Part shown: positions 1-8,153 of the stretch, piece after piece
How positions within the stretch are numbered: position 1 is the first letter of the stretch
How the letters are laid out: the number at the start of each line of letters is the position of its first letter
From: Neovahlkampfia damariscottae
Taxonomy: Eukaryota
Assembly: GCA_016618085.1 (NCBI GenBank)
Contig: JABLTG010000197.1
Location: 1-32,990, forward strand
DNA length: 32,990 nt
Reading direction: 5' to 3'
Made by a program: the position numbers and the translations under genes
Notes under the pieces: model-generated
Databases searched by the model: none
Seen by the model: only the letters and a program-made list of their open reading frames with translations
Told to the model about the DNA's origin: nothing

Positions 1-147
1 AATTAAATGGTAAAATGGTAATTGTAAATTAAAGTAATAAATTAAATGTTTCAATTAGATTGGAGTTATTAAATTGCTCAGGGCGAAGCTGGAAGAGAAA
101 CCGTCAGGTTTTGAATTTCCGCCTTTTGTGTAAATAAACTTTAGTTT

Positions 148-1041
148 ATGTCACAGTCCTGCCACACACATCTGATAAAAGTGAGAGATTGCTCTTCAAC
201 TTGTACATCAACTGAATTCTATTTTGACTACATATCAAATCCAAGTGGCATTGAATTCATTGAAATTAAAATCGTCAACAAGAATACTGCTAATCCTTCA
301 GTTATACAACATAAATTGAATGTGTTTGGAGATCCACCAATGAATATTCATGTTGGTCCTACTTCAGACCTCAGAGATACTTTCAATGATCCAATATTAA
401 CAATTCCTTGGAATTTTAATTTACCTTGGGTCCGTCACAGTTATCTCAAAAACTTTACTCTTTTGGTTGCACGTGAGTCAACTAATTATGCTGCTGATAT
501 TCGAATGACAAATTCCAATGAATTAAAAGATGATTCGCTTGGCAAATATCTAAAGATTGAAAGATCTTACAACTTACCAAATCATGTGAATCAAATTTCT
601 TCAAAATTCACAACATCCAGTTATGATGGGACTTATGAAAGCTCCAACACTGTCATTATAGCTCTCAAATACCCGTATAAAATGAATACCTTCGAATTGA
701 TGAAAACACCAGCAAAATATGAAATTCAATGGTACATTTTAAAAGAAAATAATTTCAACAAAAGAAAATTGCTTTTAGAATTTAAAACCGAATACAAAAA
801 ACCTTATATGATGAAATATTTGTTCGATTCAGTTGATTGTTCAGGAAATTGCAACTACACTTTCGATGGGTATACTTCATCAGTTAAAATTATTCGTATT
901 TCGATTCCAGAAGGGGATAATATGACTGGAAGTTTCAAATTATCTGACTTAACTGATCCTTCAAGTGTCAGTTCAGATTCAACAGTTCTAACTCCACTTT
1001 ATGGAATTATTATGTTCTTAATCTTGTGGTTTTTTGATTAA
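148..1041 (+). CDS. Hypothetical protein with Ser-rich linker and hydrophobic C-terminus (possible GPI or tail anchor)
   Basis: Uninterrupted 297-aa ORF in AT-rich DNA ending SSVSSDSTVLTPLYGIIMFLILWFFD. ATTGG box at 59-63. No family recognised and the true start is uncertain. Confidence 0.6.
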   Translation: MSQSCHTHLIKVRDCSSTCTSTEFYFDYISNPSGIEFIEIKIVNKNTANPSVIQHKLNVFGDPPMNIHVGPTSDLRDTFNDPILTIPWNFNLPWVRHSYLKNFTLLVARESTNYAADIRMTNSNELKDDSLGKYLKIERSYNLPNHVNQISSKFTTSSYDGTYESSNTVIIALKYPYKMNTFELMKTPAKYEIQWYILKENNFNKRKLLLEFKTEYKKPYMMKYLFDSVDCSGNCNYTFDGYTSSVKIIRISIPEGDNMTGSFKLSDLTDPSSVSSDSTVLTPLYGIIMFLILWFFD

Positions 1042-1109
1042 AGTATTCATTTTGAACTAAAATTAGTTTTTTTCACATTTGAATTTTCCTTGAATTTTCC
1101 TTTAAGTTG

Positions 1110-1131
1110 TTCTGATACAGTGATTGAGTTC
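1110..1131 (+). repeat. Left TSD (1110-1117) and left TIR (1118-1131)
   Basis: ttctgata|cagtgattgagttc read directly from the sequence. Confidence 0.97.
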
Positions 1132-1138
1132 TGACAAA

Positions 1139-1178
1139 TTGTCTGAACAAGTGTTTGAACAAACTTGTTCGAACAAGT
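1139..1178. repeat. Left subterminal palindromic repeats (TTGTYYRRACAA-like)
   Basis: ttgtctgaacaa, gtgtttgaacaa and the perfect 16-bp palindrome ACTTGTTCGAACAAGT (1163-1178). Confidence 0.85.
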
Positions 1179-1204
1179 CCTAATAAGAAGCTAAAAATAA
1201 CCAA

Positions 1205-1280
1205 CCAATGAAATCTTGATATCACAAAAAACTTGTATGGGCGGACTGTGTGTAAATTTTCGTTCAAAAATGTATAAATA
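1205..1280 (+). promoter_or_regulatory. Putative transposase promoter (CCAAT, GC box, TATA)
   Basis: CCAAT 1205-1209, GGGCGG 1239-1244 and TATAAATA 1273-1280, upstream of ATG 1310. Confidence 0.5.
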
Positions 1281-1309
1281 GGCTTTTAATCTGAAAAGAG
1301 TTGCGCTTG

Positions 1310-2927
1310 ATGTCAGAAGAAAAAAAGAAGAGAAAGTACGACAAAAGATCGAGTTGGTTGACTTATTTTGAAGAGGTTGTCAAAGGAGAAGAAGCAAAGT
1401 GCACCATTGTTGGATGCAGTGATTCAAAAGTAGAGTTTAATGGGTATACCACTCTTTTAAAAAGACACATGGAGAAACATAATAAAGAAATATTAATAGA
1501 GAAAGGATTTTACTCTGTGGAATCCATAGACAGAAGTTTTTCTTCTCATGAACGAAAAGAAATAGCAAAGTATATCATGTTGATGATGATTATGGAAAAC
1601 AGACCATTTTCTATGATTCAAGGAAAATGGTATAAGCTTATGATGGAAAAAATACAAAACAATTGGATACCAGCAGCATCAACTTGCATTATATTAACGA
1701 AAATTGAGAATATATTTCCATCAATTTGGGAACTGTTTTGGCAGAAGAAGATCATATCTCTGGAGAAATATTGGCTGAACATTATAACAGCTTATATAAA
1801 GAATTTGGTATTGAAAATAGCCAAATAATTGAAGTCATTGATGGAGGATCCAATCTCAAAAATGCTGCTGCTATTCTCAAGCATAAAAATATTCATTGTA
1901 ATTGCCATGCTTTACAATTGCCTATTAAAACAGGATTGTTAGAAATTTGTATTACAAAAGAAATGTTCCAAGATTGTCCAATTATTTCGACAAAGTTCTC
2001 GGCTTTAAAGAAATTAAGAGCAGCTCAACTTCAGAATAATTCCAAAGACCTAGTTTTATTGGATGACAACGACACAAGATGGAATAGTTTCTTACAAATG
2101 ATTGAAAGAATTCACAAATTGAAAGAGGATTTGAGAATTGCTTTTGAACTGATTAAAAACGATAAACTCATCAAGACAAAAGTTGAAAATTTGTCTGAGG
2201 AAGAATATGGTCGACTTGAATTTCTCATTAAGTTTTTGACACCATTTAGAACAGCATCAAAATACTTTGAAAAATCATATGTTAATTCCAATATCAGTAT
2301 TTCTGGAATGGTTCCAGTGATAGGAAATTTAATTAATCACTGTCAAAAAATCAAAAAAGAAATCAAGGGCGGAGATGTGCTGAATATGATGGAGGCAATT
2401 GAAGAAAAAATGATTGATGAATGGAAGAACATTGATATTCTTTTTTATGCCACTGCTTTTGTAAATCCAATCTTAAAGACACTTTCTTTTTTAACAGATG
2501 AAATGAAAGAACAAGTGGTGAAATACATAGAATTGGAATTAAATAAAATAGAAATACTAGACGAAGAATTGAAAAAAGAAGAAAAGGAAAAAGAATTTCA
2601 ATACTTTGAAAACTTGTATGGTATAAAATTTCAAAGGACTACTTCTCAAAATAACGAATTAATCAATTATGTCAATGAACTACCACAAGATCCAAGTGAA
2701 AATATTCTTGCTTATTGGAAAACCAATTCTAAAAAGTATCCAAAATTATGTATTTTGCAAGAAAGTTATTGTCCATTCAAGGTTCAAGTGCGAATGTAGA
2801 AAGAGATTGGAGTTTTGTTGGTAACATGATCACAGAGAAAAGAAATCAACTAAAACCGGACAAAGTTTCCAAAATGGTTTTTATTAAAAAAAACATTAGA
2901 TTCTCAAAATATGACAAAAAATCATAA
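1310..2927 (+). pseudogene. hAT transposase (BED finger, RNase H-like DDE, C-terminal dimerisation domain), disrupted
   Basis: BED finger W..YF...AKCTIVGC...LKRHMEKH; ENRPFSMI; LHYINEN*; DGGSN (2nd Asp); CNCHALQL (CxxH); TRWNS. After a frameshift near 2753-2756: ARKLLSIQGSSANVERDWS...TEKRNQL (catalytic Glu), TAA at 2925-2927. Apparent deletion near 1670-1680 removes the first-Asp region. In-frame TGA at 1705-1707. Confidence 0.93.
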
Positions 2928-3006
2928 TATTACAATAAAATTCATGACTATTGACAATGATTTGCATAAAATCACAAAAAACCCACTTCTTTCGTTTGAT
3001 TTGTTA

Positions 3007-3673
3007 ATGTCATTCTCAAAAATTTGTGTGTGGGATGTTGGGCAAGGTTCATGTTCCACTTTGGAGATACTAGGAAAACCTGTCATGTTAATAGATTTAA
3101 GTTCATCAAGAGCTCCTGAAACTATGTCAGTTGACTGGAAAAAGACCTTATTGATCAGCTTATTTTTAAAGTTACTCGAAGAAAATCTTTTGAAATAATT
3201 ATTTCTCATCCAGATAATGATCACCTCAATATTTTACAGAAACTTTTAAAAACTTTAGACGTGCGTTCAAATCAAAATGGGATAAATTTTCCAAATAAAA
3301 TTTTCTTTGGGACTATGTTTCTGCAAAATATTACGCTATTAGTTCTGGGATGTACAAATCATATAAACACCCATCCAAGTCTCTATATGAAAGATTATTA
3401 AAGCAAAAAAATTTAGAAGATTTTGAACAACACACTTTTTCTTACTTTGAAAAAAATAATATCAAAACAAATAGCATTTCTAAAGCAATTTTCCATACAT
3501 ATGATTGTGGAAACATTATATCTATGAATGAAAGTTCTAAAATAACTGTAAAATTTGGAGATTCGAATGATGAGGATTCAGAGGAAGAAAGTGACAAAGA
3601 AAATAAGCATTCAGACAATGAAAGTGATGAAGAAAACGAGGACTCAAACGAAAAAAGTGATAAAGTTGATTAA
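3007..3673 (+). pseudogene. Cargo 1: ComEC/Rec2-type metallo-beta-lactamase-fold protein, two frameshifts, acidic tail (alternative upstream ATG at 2911)
   Basis: VWDVGQGSC (DVGQG 3034-3048) and MLIDL; then in another frame EIIISHPDNDHLN (SHPDNDH 3204-3224); then MNESSKITVKFG and a D/E-rich tail. Frames join with +1 nt near 3139-3143 and near 3309-3311. LxGD and HHGS motifs not found. Confidence 0.75.
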
Positions 3674-4970
3674 TTGGTATTGAATAAAGAATCAAAATAT
3701 TGTGTGAGCTTCGTGATTGCATCTCTTTTTCTTTTTTCAATATCATTTTCTTCCAAGGTAAGAGAATACTTGTATCCTCCCAAAATGTCTTGGTCATAAT
3801 AACTCTTTGCTTTCTTTTTAACTTTTCTTTTATACTTATTTCCAAGACAAATATATGCATAAGGAACATCATTCTTTCCAGCTTCCAAATATATTTCCTT
3901 TTCTTTTTTATAATCAGAAATATCATGATAATACTCGGCAAGAGTCAAATATGCTGAAGAAATTGCTTTTTTGGATGCTTTTTCAAAGAATGTTATCGCA
4001 CTGTCAATTTTATTTTCACTAAGTAACAAACAACCAGCTTCAAAATAACCATACGGAACATAATTTTCTCCAGATTTAATGAAAAACTTTAGAGCTTTCT
4101 CGGAATTTTTTTCATTATATCCTAAATATATATTCGATGGTGGGTAGAAATCGGACATTTTTTTGATTGCCTCCACATTATCATTTTGCGTTTCTACTTT
4201 GTAAATACATCGATCATCTTCACTTTTTTTGTAAAAATTCATTGGATTTTCTTCTAAAAAATAACATATTTGCCCCATTTCAAAAAAAGGAAAATAATCA
4301 GTTTTCTTTGATTTTTCATACTTGAAATATTCTTTAGATCTTTCCAACAACTTTGTGAAGCATTTAGGAAGTTGTTCTTCAGATTCGAAGTATTGTTTGA
4401 TGATATTTGAAGCATGAAGCATACTCAATGGGTGATCACTTTTCACACAAATCGATAATTTTTTATGGATTCTTTCCTTTTGATACAGATAATTCAAAGT
4501 ATCATTTGGTTCCTCTAATTCCATTGGAAAAAATACATTTGAAATAAAAGCTTGTTCCTTTGATTGATGGGTCCATTGAGCAAAAAATTTAGGAAGAACA
4601 TCTGGAAATTCAATAACCTCAAAAAAAGTTTCAATGACGTTTACTGGACATGAAACTAATAAATCTTTGATTTTTCTCAAATCATTTGGTTTTTGAATTT
4701 TCCTAGTCATATGTATCAATTCTACAACAGATTTAATTGTTTCATCGTATTTTTTTTTTTTTTTACAGGTTCATCACTTTCTTCGTTATTTTTCTTGTTG
4801 TTAGGTTTATGTGTTTTGATTTTTGACCCTACCTCTATTATTTCTGATGGATAATATGATTTATCCTCCAATTCTGGCGAATCAACAGTTGAAATTTCGT
4901 TGTTTGATAGAATTTCTTGAAATTTTTTAATTTTTCTTGGAAGTGTCACAATAACTTTTCGTTCTTTCAT
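3670..4970 (-). CDS. Cargo 2: SEL1-like/TPR repeat protein (one frameshift in an A15 run)
   Basis: C-terminal repeats such as YGYFEAGCLLLSENKIDSAITFFEKASKKAISSAYLTLAEYY and YAYICLGNKY. ORFs 4722-5030 and 3670-4719 join by +1 A in the run at 4750-4764 (KKYDETIKSVVELIHM). First in-frame ATG at 4970, CCAAT at 5027-5031. Confidence 0.7.
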
Positions 4971-5164
4971 CACTTCTTCGAAAGTGATTGTTTTGTTCAA
5001 GATTTTTTTTAGTTGACCAAAATTAGCCAATCATATATGATCAAAGTTAAAAAGTTCATTGGATTAATACCAAACAAGTTGAATTGAATCCAGATTCTCA
5101 TTTGGTAAATTTAAATTGGTTTCTCGGAAAATTAATTTGTCCAATAATTTGATGTTCATATACA

Positions 5165-5225
5165 GACTTGTTCAGACAAGTCCAAACAATGTTCGAACAA
5201 GTCGAACCCAATCACTGTTCTGATA
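5165..5225. repeat. Right subterminal repeats, right TIR (5204-5217) and TSD (5218-5225)
   Basis: gacttgttcagacaagtc, gtccaaacaa, tgttcgaacaagtc, then gaacccaatcactg|ttctgata. Confidence 0.95.
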
Positions 5226-5451
5226 TTGCCAGAGAATCCATGGCATTTCTTTTGTGTTGAACTTTTGGACGTTAATAAAAATGAAAATAGAAACAAGGGT
5301 GAGATAACATTTTCTTTTGTTTCAATGAATTCTCAGATCCAAAATAGATTCAAAGGAAAAAAAGACATTAGGTTCTTTGATGATTGAAAAAGTAAATGAT
5401 TGGAGAACCAAAAAGGTGAATAAATTTCTGAATGAATTTTTAATTTTTCAA

Positions 5452-6072
5452 TTAATTTCCTTTTCTACCCTTTCTTCCTTTTCCTTGGATAGTTTTTTTG
5501 AATTTTTTATTCAAATTTCTTTTTGACAGTTTTATCATTTTTTTGAGTTTTCTGAGTTCATGATTGATTTGTTTATGACTTTTTCTGAAATGTTTTTTTG
5601 ATTTCTTGTAAGCAGCTGTTGACTTCAATAAAGCTTTTTTCACTGAAACTAATTTGGCAGTTGATTTTTTGAAGTCTTCTTCTGTTGCTTTCCAATGTTT
5701 TCTTGTTTTTTTTAATAATTTGGAATCAGTTTTATATTTGATTTTAAGTTTATTGTATGTATTTTTTGCGGAATAATAATCTTTTCTGAGAGTTTCAGTA
5801 TGTTTTTTATAATCAGCCAAGAAACTATTGTATTTCCAGAATTCTTTTTTGTGAGCTATAGTCATTTTTTCTTTTTTTTCTTCAATTTTTTGTTTGACAG
5901 CTTTGAGTTTTTTTATTGTACTCAATTCTTTTGATGAAAGTTTTTTTAAATGAGGTTTTGGGTGTAGTTTTGAATGAACAGGTTTTTTAACTGCAGCAGT
6001 TTTAGTTTCAGCATGTGCTAAAATAAAAAAAGTTGACAAAATCACCAACAATACAATGAAAGAAGACTTCAT
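5452..6072 (-). CDS. Secreted lysine-rich, probably coiled-coil protein
   Basis: Signal peptide MKSSFIVLLVILSTFFILAHA from ATG 6072 (ATTGG at 6107-6111). Extremely basic body, intronless. Confidence 0.75.
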   Translation of the reverse strand: MKSSFIVLLVILSTFFILAHAETKTAAVKKPVHSKLHPKPHLKKLSSKELSTIKKLKAVKQKIEEKKEKMTIAHKKEFWKYNSFLADYKKHTETLRKDYYSAKNTYNKLKIKYKTDSKLLKKTRKHWKATEEDFKKSTAKLVSVKKALLKSTAAYKKSKKHFRKSHKQINHELRKLKKMIKLSKRNLNKKFKKTIQGKGRKGRKGN

Positions 6073-6240
6073 TCCTTTCTTTCTTCTCAAGTTTTCCAAG
6101 AGTATGATTGGATAAAAATTATCCACTCATATTCATTGACCATTTGTTCATCATTTTTTTAGGTTTTTGAATAGTTTTATTGAGAAATATTCTCCTTGAT
6201 TTTTTCATCCAATAAAAACGAGTTAGAACAAATCGATTGA

Positions 6241-7564
6241 ATGAAGTTGGTTTTCTGTCTCTGTTTCTTTGTTTTCATACAGATCCAAGCAAAGACATTT
6301 CAACAAAACCAAATAAAATGTAGAGATGTAACTTATGGAACAGCAGGACAACCTTGTGATGCTGGAGCAAATTCAAAAAGACGTTGTAAAATTTTCTTGA
6401 CTTGTCAAGAAGGTATTTCAAAAAAAAAAAACTCAATGATTATAATTAGGATTTTGTAAACCTGGACATATTGGTTCTTCATGTACCAGCCACACACGTA
6501 AAAAAAAACAAATCCTAACCCAAAAAGATTGTTATTTGAATTCAGGGACAGCAGAAGGAATTAAATGTCTTCATGGTACATGCACAAAAAAGAGATACCC
6601 AGGATACTCATGTCAATACAATGATCAAGTTTGATTGTTTTTTTTAACTTCAAAGTGTTACTCAAGTAAATGTGATGCTGGTATCTGCACTGGTTTATCA
6701 ATTGGAGAAACATGTGATCCAGTTCAATCTATACAATGTGATAAAGGATTATACTGTTCATATAGAAACAAAATCTGCTCAAAACAAAAAATACTTGGTG
6801 AAGAATGTGATGACATTGAACCAAAAGGCAGACCTGACGTTAGAGATGGTGATAATTCATTTGTTATATGTCCTGGTGGAACTCAATGTTATGCTAAAAA
6901 AGAAGGTGAAAAACCAAAATGTGAGAATGTCTACTTCAAAAAAATAACAGAAACTTGTGAACACAATCAAGATTGTTATTTACCATTGGTTTGTATGAAT
7001 GGTCAATGTACATCCAATTCAGATTATGATGTACCTTGTAATAATCAAAAAAATTGCTCTAGTTCATTGAATGAAAGATGTATTTGTTTGAATAATGAAG
7101 AAGGAACTTGTAAACAAACTGGAAACCCAGTTTGTGACAGAAGATTGTTATTTCAATCTTGGACAGATTGTTGGAAGAAAAATCAATGTACTTGGGAAAG
7201 AAGGTAAACTTTTCTTAATTTTTTCTCAATTTTTTTTTTCAGCTTGTTCAACTCAATGTTAACAGAAGCATTTCAACCTGAGACTTGTATGGGAAAATAT
7301 TGTGGTTCAATAGCTACTCGTTATTTATGTTGTCAAATGGGAGGTTTTGAAGATTTATTGTATTCAAGATCATACACTGCTCCTTTGAGTAATTTTTATT
7401 TTTTTTTAACATTCCAAGACTGTGTTCCTCCGACTCTATTTCCAACAATTTTGATTTTATTGTTGATGGCTTTGACTAGTTTTTGTGGCGTTTCAATTAC
7501 AATTGGTGCAATTTATATTTATCAAAGGTTAAAAACAAACAATTTTGAAAGGTTACCTGAATAA
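6241..7564 (+). CDS. Cys-rich single-pass membrane protein (paralogue A), 5 introns
   Basis: Signal peptide, many Cys repeats, C-terminal TM. Introns 6413-6449, 6498-6527, 6629-6655, 7204-7242 and 7389-7418 give a continuous frame that aligns with 11208-12417. Confidence 0.88.
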
Positions 7565-7617
7565 ATTCTTTTGATGTTTTGAAATATTGACCAATTATTT
7601 CATTTTCATTTCTCAAG

Positions 7618-7978
7618 ATGTACTCAACACCTGAGTTTGATGAGTTTGAAACTTTAAGTGAAAATAAGTATGAATATGATGAATATGGTCATGGAGTACC
7701 TCAGGATGATATGGATGAAAAGGTAAAAGAACAAAAATGCACTTTTGGTAGTACAGGTGAAAATTTGAAGTTTCAAATGTATTATCACTGCAGCGACTGT
7801 GGATTGGATAATGAAGGTGACGCTATATGTGTTTCGTGTGTCAGGAAATGTCATACAGGGCATAAGATTAAGTACATCACCATCGAAGAATGTTTTTGTG
7901 ATTGTGTAAGCATTTCTTTATTTTTTGAAAATAAAATAGGGTAATGGAGAAGGTAAAGAACCATGTAAATGTTTATAA
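7618..7978 (+). CDS. Small UBR-type zinc finger protein
   Basis: CTF...QMYYHCSDC...ICVSCVRKCHTGH...CFCDC|GNG...CKCL; intron 7906-7939. Confidence 0.85.
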
Positions 7979-8153
7979 AATCTATGTTAATAAATAATTT
8001 ATTCTTTACAACCAATGTTTATTGTCCATATTTTTTGTCATTAAGATTGAAATTTTTTTTTTCAGAAAACCTGTTGGAAAGATAAAATTAAGTTTGAATT
8101 TTTGAAGACCTTACAATTACTGGAACAATATTTTATAGAGATAATTTTTTATT

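Larger units (their letters stand above)
1118..5217 (+). mobile_element. hAT-superfamily DNA transposon, 4100 bp, cargo-carrying and probably non-autonomous
   Basis: Left TIR CAGTGATTGAGTTC (1118-1131). Right TIR reads CAGTGATTGGGTTC on the minus strand (5204-5217), 13/14 identical. Identical 8-bp TSD TTCTGATA at 1110-1117 and 5218-5225. hAT transposase inside. Confidence 0.97.

Noticed and set aside
78..126. Locally GC-richer stretch with a small hairpin (AAACC-GTCA-GGTTT)
   Set aside because: Too short and weak to support an RNA gene call.
1139..1178. Short palindromic repeats resembling a CRISPR array
   Set aside because: No unique spacers or cas genes, eukaryotic context, and they mirror the other transposon end.
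1705..1707. TGA at a conserved Trp position, suggesting UGA=Trp recoding
   Set aside because: Host genes use TGG for Trp throughout and TRM9 ends in TGA (27440-27442). A nonsense mutation in a dead transposase is simpler.
2753..3311. Programmed -1 ribosomal frameshifting in the element
   Set aside because: No convincing slippery heptamer plus downstream structure at the inferred sites. Sequencing error or decay is more parsimonious.
4722..4766. GT-poly(A)...TAG segment as an intron in the SEL1 cargo gene
   Set aside because: Splicing it gives AAT TGA immediately, whereas a 1-nt homopolymer correction gives a continuous frame.
6497..6527. Possible non-canonical splice shifted by 1 nt (would give HTDCY, like the paralogue's HNDCY)
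   Set aside because: The same shift creates a stop at intron 11414-11444 and breaks DAAKH in the amylase. Canonical GT-AG works everywhere.
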